This document shows positions 8,170-17,231 of a DNA stretch of 64,000 bases, in pieces. The stretch comes from Candidatus Buchananbacteria bacterium. Lineage in GTDB: Bacteria; Patescibacteriota; Patescibacteriia; 2-01-FULL-39-33; JBAYJR01. Location: the NCBI GenBank assembly GCA_041665005.1, contig JBAYJR010000007.1:3061-67060 (forward strand). The letters run 5' to 3'. The first letter of the stretch is position 1; every line of letters begins with the position of its first letter. The notes beneath the pieces were generated by a model. That model searched no databases and had not been told where the DNA came from. It was given only the letters and a program-made list of their open reading frames with translations. A program made the position numbers and the translations under genes.

Positions 8170-8634
8170 ATGCCCACGACTAGTAGTGATCTATATAAAA
8201 GATTACCCCGCATAATGAAACAAACGCCAGCCGAAATATACGACGTTTTATATACCACGCACCGTAAAAGAAGTTACGATGCTCCAAAAATATATATGTG
8301 GCCACTGGACACCCTGCTGCTTTTAGGATTTTCTGTATATGAATCACAAATTTATGTGATCAGTTGCGGCATTCATGCTATGACTGACTTTGGCGAAGAT
8401 TACTTCAGTTCAATGGGGATGCCGGAAGAAGATATAGAAAAACTAAAAGAAATCTGCCTAGGTAACGTTGAACAATATCTAAAACGTACCCACAATAGAG
8501 TCTTAGATCAAAGCCATAAAAATAATCTAAGGCGTCTGATCATTTTAGGTAACTGGGCTCTTGAAAGAGAAATTATTAGTGGCTATAGGGATTACTGGGG
8601 GAGTTGTCGCTTTGAAGCAAATTATGCCTTCTAG
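8170..8634 (+). CDS. hypothetical protein (154 aa)
   Basis: An AGGAGG RBS upstream, followed by tandem hairpins and a terminator. Confidence 0.5.
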   Translation: MPTTSSDLYKRLPRIMKQTPAEIYDVLYTTHRKRSYDAPKIYMWPLDTLLLLGFSVYESQIYVISCGIHAMTDFGEDYFSSMGMPEEDIEKLKEICLGNVEQYLKRTHNRVLDQSHKNNLRRLIILGNWALEREIISGYRDYWGSCRFEANYAF

Positions 8635-8653
8635 TATACCCCATTGGGGTATA
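8635..8653. promoter_or_regulatory. palindrome TATACCCCATTGGGGTATA, second copy of the CsoR-like operator motif
   Basis: Perfect 8-bp arms. Same motif as the sites at 3674-3692 and 12291-12309. Confidence 0.35.
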
Positions 8654-8657
8654 CAAA

Positions 8658-8686
8658 AGCAGAGTTGAATAACTCTGCTTTTTTTA
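8658..8686 (+). terminator. intrinsic terminator (agcagagtt/aactctgct + T8)
   Basis: A 9-bp stem followed by a T-run. Confidence 0.6.
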
Positions 8687-8979
8687 TAAAATAAAGAACG
8701 GGAAGACTTAGAGATCTTCCCGTTACGACTTTAGTGGCGGTGCTTTAGCACGGCCACCCGGCATATACGGAGGAGACTTGGCCGGCAGAAGGAGGCTTTT
8801 CCGCGGGTTTTTTGCTAACCAATAGGGGGATGGCTAGCGGGGATATCCGCTCCGTAATTTGATTTCTGAAGAACGATTATTGAGCCTAGTTTATACTAAA
8901 TTTTTAATTTTGTCAAGAGCGCTGCCCAATTTTTTAAAAACTAACCAAAAACTACTATTTATGACTAACCGACACTTCT

Positions 8980-9007
8980 TTGACAAATTCTAAAAATAGT
9001 ATATAAT
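8980..9007 (+). promoter_or_regulatory. consensus promoter TTGACA-16-TATAAT for tRNA-Ala
   Basis: ttgaca at 8980-8985 and tataat at 9002-9007. Confidence 0.55.
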
Positions 9008-9022
9008 ATTTTAAGTTTACCT

Positions 9023-9098
9023 GGGCCGTTAGCGCAGTTGGTAGCGCGCTTCCATGGCATGGAAGAGGTCGGGAGTTCGAATCTCCCACGGTCCACCA
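9023..9098 (+). tRNA. tRNA-Ala (anticodon GGC), CCA encoded
   Basis: Cloverleaf folded by hand. G3:U70 identity pair; anticodon loop atGGCat; T-loop gggagttcgaatctccc. Confidence 0.85.
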
Positions 9099-9132
9099 AT
9101 CGATTTTAAACTGCCAGTGTCTAAATATCTCT

Positions 9133-9453
9133 ATGGCGAACAAATATAAAATTATTGTTTTTGTTCCAGACTCTCATACTGACATAGTCCGCCAGGCCAT
9201 GGGTGATGCCGGAGCGGGAAAGCTTGGAAATTACACTCACTGCAGTTTTTCAAGTAAAGGGGTCGGAAGATTTATGCCAGAAGAGGGGGCGAATCCCACT
9301 ATTGGAAAAATTGGCAAGTTTGAATCAGTTGAGGAAGAAAGAATAGAGGTAGTAGCTTCCGCTCAAGTCGTTCAGGATGTAATAGCTGCAATTAAAAAAG
9401 TGCATCCCTATGAAGAGATTGCCATGGATGTTTATCCCTTAGAAGATTTATAA
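9133..9453 (+). CDS. small PII/CutA-like-fold protein resembling the insert domain of NIF3/YqfO-family proteins
   Basis: GNYTHCSFSSKG and HPYEE motifs, recalled from NIF3 insert and CutA sequences. Confidence 0.45.
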   Translation: MANKYKIIVFVPDSHTDIVRQAMGDAGAGKLGNYTHCSFSSKGVGRFMPEEGANPTIGKIGKFESVEEERIEVVASAQVVQDVIAAIKKVHPYEEIAMDVYPLEDL

Positions 9454-9560
9454 GCTATTCAATAATTTGATTCCAACTGGCTCTGATGTAGTTCGCTGTT
9501 TTTTGAAAAATTAAGTTTGAGTAAAAAATAAATTAAACTAACAAACTAAGGAGAAAATTT

Positions 9561-10034
9561 ATGGCAATTGACAAAGGTCCCAATGGACCAGAAAAAACAA
9601 TTGAGGAAAAAATTTCCGAGTTTAAATTTAATTTTGATAATTGGTTAGCAGAAAACCCTGTTATAGCAAAACAACTGAAAGATGAGTTGTTAGAGCTAGC
9701 GGGGATTGAAGAGAGTGAGTTGACCGATCCCGACCTGGGCTTTGATTTAAGTTTAATCAAAGTGCCAATCGCCGAATTATCAGCTTTTGGCACTATCTGT
9801 GGGGAGACGGATAATAAATCTTTTTCTAAAAAAGTAATAAACTTTTTAGAATCTAAAGGTGTTGAATTTATTATCGGCCTAGGAGAAAATAAAAAACCGG
9901 TAATCACCTCAGCGGCGATAAATATTTCCGCCAAAGACGCCGAACGATTTTCCAAAATTATCGATAGTAGCAAGGGGTCATTAGACCCGCAAGATTCGCA
10001 AGTTGACGGTTGGTCGATTTTTGAAAGCGAATAA
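9561..10034 (+). CDS. hypothetical acidic protein (157 aa)
   Basis: AAGGAG RBS; terminator downstream. The antisense ORF is low-complexity. Confidence 0.5.
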   Translation: MAIDKGPNGPEKTIEEKISEFKFNFDNWLAENPVIAKQLKDELLELAGIEESELTDPDLGFDLSLIKVPIAELSAFGTICGETDNKSFSKKVINFLESKGVEFIIGLGENKKPVITSAAINISAKDAERFSKIIDSSKGSLDPQDSQVDGWSIFESE

Positions 10035-10052
10035 TAATTTTGCAATTTTAAA

Positions 10053-10080
10053 CCCCTAGTCGTAATGACTAGGGGTTTTT
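10053..10080 (+). terminator. intrinsic terminator (cccctagtc/gactagggg + T5)
   Basis: A 9-bp stem. Confidence 0.55.
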
Positions 10081-10234
10081 AAAGGCTTGATTTTTTCTTA
10101 AAAAAAATCTATAATGCCTGAGATAATCAATCGTTAAGCTTCTTTTTATTAAGTCGCCTGGCTCCACCTTCAACTCTTGCAGTTTCCCGAAGGGATCCCT
10201 TCGGGACAACGGACGCCTATCCGCCAAAATTTGA

Positions 10235-10306
10235 GCCCTTGTAGTTCAATGGATAGAACAACCCCGTCCTAAGGGGTAGATGTGTGTTCGATTCACGCCA
10301 GGGGCA
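10235..10306 (+). tRNA. tRNA-Arg (anticodon CCT), no CCA
   Basis: Hand-folded. Anticodon loop gtCCTaa; T-loop ttcgatt. Confidence 0.7.
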
Positions 10307-10348
10307 CAAGCTAATTCAAAATTTAAAAATCAAAATTAAAAATTACCT

Positions 10349-10422
10349 GGGCCCATGGTCTAGTGGTATGACGCCACATTCGCATTGTGGAAGCGGGAGT
10401 CCGATTCTCCCTGGGTCCACCA
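10349..10422 (+). tRNA. tRNA-Ala (anticodon CGC), CCA encoded
   Basis: G3:U70; anticodon loop ttCGCat. Confidence 0.75.
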
Positions 10423-10445
10423 AAAACAATTTAAAAGTTTGTAAT

Positions 10446-10961
10446 ATGTCTACCGAGAATCAAACAAATATTCCGGTCATCTCAGCAATTATTGAGCGAG
10501 TCAGAAATGGTTCGGTAGAAATTTTAGTCCAAACTAGATGGAAACCAAATCGAGACCCTGAATATTCGGGAACTTTTGAAATACCGGCTGGCTGGATTGA
10601 AAAATATGAAAATGTCTACGAAGCCTTAAAACGGGAAACCCTAGAAGAGACCGGGCTTAAAATCATTAAAATATATCCTGACTTACAAACCAAAATACAT
10701 ACTCCCAAAGATGACGCCTCATTTGCCTTTTTACCTTTTTGCGGACAACAACAATTAAAGGGCGGCAAACCTTGGATTGGCTTTGTTTTTATCTGCGAAG
10801 TAGCAGATGCCGAGCCGAGGCCGCAAACTGACGAAGTAAAAGATATTAAGTGGCTAAAAAAAGCAGAATTAAAAAAGCTGTTTGAAAAAACTCCCAAAAA
10901 GATTTTTACTTTGCAACTGGGAGCTTTAGATTTTTATTTTAATCACGATCCGCGAAAATAA
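10446..10961 (+). CDS. NUDIX hydrolase
   Basis: Nudix box GWIEKYENVYEALKRETLEETGL. The start is placed at MSTENQ, downstream of the tRNAs. Confidence 0.7.
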   Translation: MSTENQTNIPVISAIIERVRNGSVEILVQTRWKPNRDPEYSGTFEIPAGWIEKYENVYEALKRETLEETGLKIIKIYPDLQTKIHTPKDDASFAFLPFCGQQQLKGGKPWIGFVFICEVADAEPRPQTDEVKDIKWLKKAELKKLFEKTPKKIFTLQLGALDFYFNHDPRK

Positions 10962-10965
10962 ATTT

Positions 10966-11400
10966 ATGGACAAAAATCCAACCAACTTGCAACCTCGGGT
11001 GGGTATTGGCGTAATGATTCAAAATGAAACTGGCCAAGTTTTGTTGGGTTTAAGACAAGGTTCTCATGGCGAAGGCGAATGGGCCTTTCCTGGTGGGCAT
11101 CTAGAATTTGGCGAAACTATTTTTGCCGCCGCCAAACGCGAAGTAGCTGAAGAAGCTGGTCTGCTCGTTGAGGAATTTGAATTAATTTCTGTGGCCGATG
11201 AAATGCGTTATATTAAAACTGATAACAAGCATTATTTAAACATCGGCATAAAAGCAATCTACAATGGCGGCGAGCCAAAAATCATGGAGCCAAACAAATG
11301 CCAAGGCTGGTCCTGGTTTGCTTTAAATAATCTGCCAGAAAAAATACTGGAAGGAACAGAATTGATTATCAAAAATTTTAAGGCCAGAAAAATATACTAA
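10966..11400 (+). CDS. NUDIX hydrolase (MutT-like)
   Basis: Nudix box GGHLEFGETIFAAAKREVAEEAGL. Confidence 0.75.
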   Translation: MDKNPTNLQPRVGIGVMIQNETGQVLLGLRQGSHGEGEWAFPGGHLEFGETIFAAAKREVAEEAGLLVEEFELISVADEMRYIKTDNKHYLNIGIKAIYNGGEPKIMEPNKCQGWSWFALNNLPEKILEGTELIIKNFKARKIY

Positions 11401-11437
11401 CCACTAATAAAAAATCACCAAGTCTTAAAATTTATTT

Positions 11438-12238
11438 ATGAACGTGGCTGAATTTCAAACTAAAATTAAACCTAATCTGACGCTGTCAATCACGAAACAA
11501 AATTTTATCGTCCAAGAAGTGGTTAAATTTAAATTGGCTGATGGCCGTTTTTATCTTAAATGCTTTTTAAGTGACAATTATGTTTTAGCTGATGATCTAG
11601 CTAAAAATATTTTTCTTTTAGCCAAAGAAGTAAACACTCCTTTTAAACAACCCTTTGCTCCGGAGCTTGATTTTGCTGATAAAAAATTTAAATTTTTATA
11701 TAATGCCCACGCCGTGGCTGAAGAAATTATGGGGCTAGAGATTTTTAAAAAAGGGGACAGCGAAAGCTTTTGGGATTATCAAGCCACCGACGGTGCTTAT
11801 CTTAGCTTGGGCGTTGTTGACCAAACCAATAAACGCTTAGATTTTTACGGAAAAATTATTACTCCCAACCAACTCAATCTTTTAACCGAATCTTTATCCT
11901 TAACTTTGGCCCGGAAATATTTGGGTCAAGAATTAGAAATAACTATTGACCGGCCACTGGGCACCAAGCATCCTAAACATGGCTTTATCTATGAAACAAA
12001 TTATGGTTTTGTCAAGGGTGTGCTAGCGCCAGATGGCGAAGAATTAGACGCCTATTATTTAGGGTCATCAAAACCGCTAGAGCAGGCTCGGGGTGTTTGT
12101 ATCGCCATTGCCCATCGCCAAAATGATGACGACGACAAATTAATTGTCGTGCCAGCCGGCTTCCAAATCTCTGACGAACAAATTAGGTCCGCCATTAATT
12201 TTCAAGAAAAATGGTTTAAAACAGAAATAATTCGTTAA
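11438..12238 (+). CDS. two-domain protein: unknown N-terminal domain + family-I inorganic-pyrophosphatase-like C-terminal domain
   Basis: The C-terminus aligns to E. coli PPase (DRP..F-Y-NYGF.....DGEELD.....NDDDDKLIVV). The N-terminal EIP..KYE metal site is not evident. Confidence 0.45.
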   Translation: MNVAEFQTKIKPNLTLSITKQNFIVQEVVKFKLADGRFYLKCFLSDNYVLADDLAKNIFLLAKEVNTPFKQPFAPELDFADKKFKFLYNAHAVAEEIMGLEIFKKGDSESFWDYQATDGAYLSLGVVDQTNKRLDFYGKIITPNQLNLLTESLSLTLARKYLGQELEITIDRPLGTKHPKHGFIYETNYGFVKGVLAPDGEELDAYYLGSSKPLEQARGVCIAIAHRQNDDDDKLIVVPAGFQISDEQIRSAINFQEKWFKTEIIR

Positions 12239-12290
12239 TTTTTGCCTAAATTATCAAGCAATCAAAATTACTTAATTTTATCAGATTAAA

Positions 12291-12309
12291 ATACCCCTCT
12301 AGGGTATAT
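12291..12309. promoter_or_regulatory. palindrome ATACCCCTCTAGGGTATAT, third copy of the CsoR-like operator motif
   Basis: Arms ataccc/gggtat. Upstream of the MBL-fold hydrolase gene. Confidence 0.35.
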
Positions 12310-12385
12310 AAAACAGTTTAATTGGGGTTTACACACACCCAATTTTTTGTTATACTAAAAATGCTTTTATTCATTATTTTACTTT

Positions 12386-13033
12386 ATGTTAATTACTTGG
12401 CTCGGCCAATCTTGCTTTAAAATACAAGTTAAAAATGATGGCCAAGAAATCACCATCGTTACTGATCCGTTTGAAGGCTCTGTTGGTTTACGCGCACCTT
12501 CTTTAGGTGCAGAAATTGTTACCGTTTCACACGATCATTATGATCACAATAATCTTGACGCCGTCCGTGGCACTCCTTTTGTAGTCAATACTCCTGGTGA
12601 ATATGAGACCAAGGGGGTATTTATTTACGGTATTCCCAGCTGGCATGACAAGGTTGAAGGTAAAGAAAAGGGGACTAATACAATTTACCGGATTAATGCT
12701 GAAGATTTATCCATAGTTCATTTAGGAGATTTGGGTCAAGCTACTCTAACCGAAGAACAAAAAGAAAAGCTAAGTAGTGTTGACGTCTTATTAATCCCCG
12801 TTGGCGGTGGTGCTACTTTAGATGGCAAAGACGCCGCAGCCCTAGTGGCCGAATTGGAGCCCCGCATTGTAATCCCAATGCATTACAAAATTCCGGGCTT
12901 AAAAATTGACTTAGATGGCCTAGATAAATTTATTAAAAACTTAGGCCTAAAAGCGGAAACGACTGATAAACTAAGAATTGCTAAAAAAGATTTACCCCAA
13001 GAAGAAACTAAATTATACATTTTAACGCCTTAA
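12386..13033 (+). CDS. MBL-fold metal-dependent hydrolase (UPF0173-like)
   Basis: TWLGQSCF...HDHYDH motif. Confidence 0.65.
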   Translation: MLITWLGQSCFKIQVKNDGQEITIVTDPFEGSVGLRAPSLGAEIVTVSHDHYDHNNLDAVRGTPFVVNTPGEYETKGVFIYGIPSWHDKVEGKEKGTNTIYRINAEDLSIVHLGDLGQATLTEEQKEKLSSVDVLLIPVGGGATLDGKDAAALVAELEPRIVIPMHYKIPGLKIDLDGLDKFIKNLGLKAETTDKLRIAKKDLPQEETKLYILTP

Positions 13034-13034
13034 T

Positions 13035-13826
13035 ATGGCGAGTGGCAAAAATAAAAATAATCATCACCAGCAAAAACCAACTAACCGCATCAGTTGGCTA
13101 GAAAATATTCAACAACAACCCCTGGCTTACCGCAAAACTCTCCTTTATACTATAGTTGGGCTGTTGACAGTCGGCGTACTAATTTTCTGGTTCAGCTCTT
13201 TAAGACTTACTTTACAGAAAAGCTTAACTGAGGCGCATACTAATAACAATCAAGCAAGTTTATTTAAACAATTCAGCCAAGCCTGGCAAATCACTAAACA
13301 AACTTGGTCGGACAACTTAGCTAAATTACAACAGGCCCAAGCCACACCACCCTTATTCCAAAAAACCGCCGAAGAATTAGCCGCGATGTTTAACACTGAC
13401 AATTGGTCAACCACTACTAGCGCTAACCTTAAATTAACCTTAAAACATCCAACTGACTGGTTAAAACAAGACCTCGCTAATGGCTTGGTTATTAAAAATC
13501 CTCAAACTGCCACCACTTCCCCAAACTTAGCTAAAATAGAAATAATTTTGCAGCCAAATCCCCAACAATTAACGGCGGCGCAATGGTACGCTAAACAGCA
13601 ACAACAAAGTAAAGTTTTAGATCAAACTTTAGCCACCAGCAGTGTACCCTTAGCTCAAACAATGGCTTTCCAACGAATTTTAAAAACTGAATCAACCGAA
13701 ATCAACCAAAAAATTATTTATTTAGCCAGCCAAAAATTTTTATACGAAATCTATCTAACTACAACTGGTTTAGTTTATCAACAAATTACTGAAGAAATTT
13801 TAAAAAGTTTAACTTTGCTTAAATAA
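13035..13826 (+). CDS. hypothetical membrane-anchored Gln/Thr-rich protein
   Basis: A single N-terminal TM segment and a low-complexity ectodomain. Confidence 0.45.
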   Translation: MASGKNKNNHHQQKPTNRISWLENIQQQPLAYRKTLLYTIVGLLTVGVLIFWFSSLRLTLQKSLTEAHTNNNQASLFKQFSQAWQITKQTWSDNLAKLQQAQATPPLFQKTAEELAAMFNTDNWSTTTSANLKLTLKHPTDWLKQDLANGLVIKNPQTATTSPNLAKIEIILQPNPQQLTAAQWYAKQQQQSKVLDQTLATSSVPLAQTMAFQRILKTESTEINQKIIYLASQKFLYEIYLTTTGLVYQQITEEILKSLTLLK

Positions 13827-13852
13827 TTATTTAATGAACTTGTCTATACTTT

Positions 13853-16336
13853 ATGCCTAAGAAGAAAATCCAGCCAAAAACGGAAACTGTGGTAACCAAT
13901 TTTGTGTCCAGAGTTTCTTTACAACCAATCGTGCAAGAAGTGCAACAATCCTATTTGGATTACGCCATGTCAGTAATTATTGCTCGGGCCTTACCTGATG
14001 TACGTGACGGTTTAAAACCAGTCCATCGTCGTATTTTGTACGCGATGTGGACTTTAGGCTTACGGGCCAGTGCTAAGTTTCGTAAATCCGCCACCGTCGT
14101 CGGTGAAGTTTTAGGTAAATATCATCCTCATGGTGATTCCGCGGTTTATGATTCCATGGTCCGCTTGGCCCAGGATTTTGCCATGCGCTATCCCTTAGTT
14201 AACGGCCAGGGTAACTTTGGTTCTTTAGATGGTGATTCCGCCGCCGCTATGCGTTATACCGAGGCTAAATTAACCAGCATGGCCGAAGAAATGCTCCAAG
14301 ATATTGACAAAGAAACTATTGCTTGGATGCCTAATTATGACAATACTTTGCTGGAGCCTAAAGTTTTACCCTCCAAATTACCAAACTTATTACTTAATGG
14401 CACTATGGGCATTGCCGTGGGTATGGCCACCAACATTCCGCCTCACAACTTAACTGAACTAGTAGATGGCATTGCCGCCTTGTTGGATGACGAAGATTTA
14501 ACCGTTGAAGATTTGATGAAATACATTAAAGGCCCAGATTTCCCGACCGGCGGAGTTATTTACAGCCATAACGACATTATGACAGCCTATGCCACGGGCC
14601 GAGGTGGGGTGGTAATTCGCGCCAAAACCGAAATTATTGAAACCAAGTCTGGTAGCTGGCAAATTATTGTTAACGAAATTCCTTATCAAGTTAACAAGGC
14701 TCAATTGTTAGAAAAAATTGCGGATTTAGTTAAGGATAAAAAAATTGAAGGGATTAAAGATTTACGCGACGAATCAAACCGGGAAGGCGTAAGAATTGTC
14801 ATAGAATTAAAAAAGGATACTTATCCCAAGAAAATTTTAAACCAACTATTTAAGCACACCCAACTGCAAGAAACTTTTCACTTTAACATGTTAGCTTTAA
14901 TTGACGGCATCCAACCAAAAATTTTAAATTTAAAAAGTATTTTAGAACAGTACATTTTACATCGTCAAGAAGTCGTTAAACGCCGCGCCGCCTTTGAATT
15001 AATGCAAGCTAAGGATCGTGCCCATATTCTTAAGGGTTTAATGATCGCTTTAGAAAACATTGATAAAATTATTGCCACTATTAAAAAATCTAAAGACAAG
15101 GACGAGGCTAAGATCAACTTAATTAGCAAATTTAAATTGAGTGAACGCCAGGCCGTCGCTATCTTAGAAATGCGTTTGCAACAATTAGCAAATTTGGAAA
15201 GCTTGCGGATTGAACAAGAATTAAAAGAAAAACTGGCCTTAATTAAAGAGCTAGAAAATATTTTGGCTTCCCCTAAAAAAATTCGTGAAATAATTAAAAA
15301 AGAATTACTGGCCTTAAAAGAAAAATTTGGCGATGAGCGTCGCACTCAAATTATTGCCCAAAAAGTTGATAGTTTTACCACTGAAGATTTGGTGCCTAAC
15401 GAAGATACGATCGTGATGATTACCCGCGACGGCTATCTTAAACGTTTGCCACCCGAAACTTTTAAAGCCCAATCCCGCGGTGGCAAAGGAGTAATTGGTC
15501 TAACCACTAAAGAAGAAGATGAAGTTGAGCAATTTTTTACCACCACTACTCACGCCGATATTTGGTTTTTTACCACCAAAGGACGGGTCTTTCAACTTAA
15601 GGGTTACGATATTCCACAAGCCACCCGTACTGCTAAAGGCCAAGCGATTGTTAATTTTTTACAATTAGCCCCTAATGAAAAAGTTTCGGCCGTTTTGGAA
15701 TCAACCGACCTAAGTTCGGCTAAATTTTTAGTCATGGTAACCGTTCAAGGCCAAATTAAAAAAACGCCAATTTCTGATTTTGCTAATGTCCGTCGTTCCG
15801 GTTTAATCGCTATTAAATTAAAATCTGATGACGCCTTACAATGGGTCAAACCTTCCACCGGCAAAGATGAAATAATTTTAGCCACGGCTAATGGTCAAAG
15901 CATCCGTTTCCGCGAAGCGCAAGTCCGCGCGATGGGCCGAACCGCTTCCGGCGTCCGGGGTTTACGTCTAAAGAAAGGTGATGAGGTAATTTCGATGGAT
16001 ATTATTGACGGCAGTCTAGCCAAAAATTTGCAACTATTGGTAGTAATGGAAAATGGCTTTGGTAAACGAACTGGTCTAGTTCAATATAAAATTCAAGGCC
16101 GCGGTGGCTCGGGTATTAAAACCGCTCAAGTGACTGCCAAAACTGGTAAACTAGTGGCCAGCACCGTAATTAACGCTCAAACTAAAGACGAAGACTTAAT
16201 TATTATCTCCAAAAAAGGACAAGTAATCCGCTTGCCGCTAAATTCTGTCTCAGTTTTGGGTCGCGCGACTCAAGGAGTACGAGTAATGCGCTTCAAAGAA
16301 CCAGATGATAAGGTGGTAAACCTAACCAGAATTTAA
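13853..16336 (+). CDS. gyrA: DNA gyrase subunit A
   Basis: [23 protein letters not shown] and a GyrA box (QSRGGKG). Confidence 0.9.
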   Translation: MPKKKIQPKTETVVTNFVSRVSLQPIVQEVQQSYLDYAMSVIIARALPDVRDGLKPVHRRILYAMWTLGLRASAKFRKSATVVGEVLGKYHPHGDSAVYDSMVRLAQDFAMRYPLVNGQGNFGSLDGDSAAAMRYTEAKLTSMAEEMLQDIDKETIAWMPNYDNTLLEPKVLPSKLPNLLLNGTMGIAVGMATNIPPHNLTELVDGIAALLDDEDLTVEDLMKYIKGPDFPTGGVIYSHNDIMTAYATGRGGVVIRAKTEIIETKSGSWQIIVNEIPYQVNKAQLLEKIADLVKDKKIEGIKDLRDESNREGVRIVIELKKDTYPKKILNQLFKHTQLQETFHFNMLALIDGIQPKILNLKSILEQYILHRQEVVKRRAAFELMQAKDRAHILKGLMIALENIDKIIATIKKSKDKDEAKINLISKFKLSERQAVAILEMRLQQLANLESLRIEQELKEKLALIKELENILASPKKIREIIKKELLALKEKFGDERRTQIIAQKVDSFTTEDLVPNEDTIVMITRDGYLKRLPPETFKAQSRGGKGVIGLTTKEEDEVEQFFTTTTHADIWFFTTKGRVFQLKGYDIPQATRTAKGQAIVNFLQLAPNEKVSAVLESTDLSSAKFLVMVTVQGQIKKTPISDFANVRRSGLIAIKLKSDDALQWVKPSTGKDEIILATANGQSIRFREAQVRAMGRTASGVRGLRLKKGDEVISMDIIDGSLAKNLQLLVVMENGFGKRTGLVQYKIQGRGGSGIKTAQVTAKTGKLVASTVINAQTKDEDLIIISKKGQVIRLPLNSVSVLGRATQGVRVMRFKEPDDKVVNLTRI

Positions 16337-16350
16337 ACTTAAACAAAAAA

Positions 16351-16385
16351 TCACCCTCTCCCTTAAACAGGAGGGGGTGATTTTG
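16351..16385 (+). terminator. intrinsic terminator (tcaccctctcc/ggagggggtga)
   Basis: An 11-bp stem and a short T-run. Confidence 0.5.
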
Positions 16386-16447
16386 CGATGACTTAAATAA
16401 CTAATAAAGACACGAATTCCCACTATTTATTTAAGCTCGCTATGGGT

Positions 16448-16588
16448 TTAATAATTCTCTTCCTCAGACGAATCCTCAACCGCGCCATCGCCACAACCCG
16501 GACAATCTAATAGTCCGCAGTTTTGACAAGGCCCGCAGGAGCCGTCACAATCCGCTTGTCCACATTTTTTGCAAATGTCTTCGGCCAT
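16448..16588 (-). CDS. small Cys-rich protein (45 aa, 9 Cys; CKKCGQADCDGSCGPCQNCGLLDCPGCGDG)
   Basis: Translated by hand; the ORF is absent from the track because it is under 60 aa. No clear SD. Confidence 0.35.
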   Translation of the reverse strand: MAEDICKKCGQADCDGSCGPCQNCGLLDCPGCGDGAVEDSSEEENY

Positions 16589-16868
16589 AAATTTGGCTTA
16601 GTTTAAATAAATCTTTAAAAATACTAACCCCTCAATACTCTTATATTTTACCAAAGAATCAATAAAAAATAAACCCGTCTGGACCATAAAAAAACAGAAA
16701 GCAACACTTTCTGTTTTCTGTATGCACGACAAGTTATATAAACATTTTACAGAGGATTACTAAACCTGTCAAATTGCTTAGCTAAGACATTTATTATTCT
16801 TCAAATATAAAACACACAAATTAAAAGCCCCTAATAAAACTTAATCATATTAGGGACCTAACTACCTG

Positions 16869-17087
16869 CTAATCTTTTTTGCACGGAACGACGAAGCCGG
16901 CAGCGATGTTAAAACTTGTAAAGGTATTGCAAGCCATTGCCGCAACTATTAATAAATCAAATATTACATTCTCGAATAGCGGTCGGTAAATATAACAACC
17001 CATCATTAACACTGTTGAAAGGCCCTGCACGAAATATAGCCACTTCTTTTTCTTAAACTTATTAGTATAAATATAAGAAAAAGCCAA
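16869..17087 (-). CDS. possible small membrane protein (TTG start)
   Basis: A hydrophobic ORF with a weak start context. Confidence 0.2.
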   Translation of the reverse strand: MAFSYIYTNKFKKKKWLYFVQGLSTVLMMGCYIYRPLFENVIFDLLIVAAMACNTFTSFNIAAGFVVPCKKD

Positions 17088-17140
17088 GACCTCTTTAATT
17101 AAACAAAAACAGCCCTAATTAGTAGGACTGCTATTGTTTA

Positions 17141-17227
17141 TTGGTGCCCGGGGAGAGACTCGAACTCTCAATCCCTTACGAGAAACGGATTTTAAGTCCG
17201 TCGCGTATACCAATTCCGCCACCCGGG
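17141..17227 (-). tRNA. tRNA-Leu (anticodon TAA), long variable arm, CCA encoded
   Basis: Hand-folded. Anticodon loop ctTAAaa; a type-II variable arm. Confidence 0.8.
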
Positions 17228-17231
17228 CAAA

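Noticed and set aside
8955-9143. ORF overlapping tRNA-Ala; also 17134-17370 over tRNA-Leu and the N-terminus of 10284-10961 over tRNA-Arg and tRNA-Ala
   Set aside because: The frames run through well-folded tRNA genes. The NUDIX gene is instead started at the internal ATG at 10446, after the tRNAs.
9533-10045. 170-aa minus-strand ORF overlapping the plus-strand 9561-10034 gene
   Set aside because: It is a Ser/Leu/Asn-rich low-complexity mirror frame. The plus-strand ORF has the AAGGAG RBS and a downstream terminator.
14498-15345. Antisense ORFs 14498-14704 and 14965-15345 inside gyrA
   Set aside because: They lie fully within the strongly supported gyrA CDS on the opposite strand, have low-complexity composition and have no RBS.
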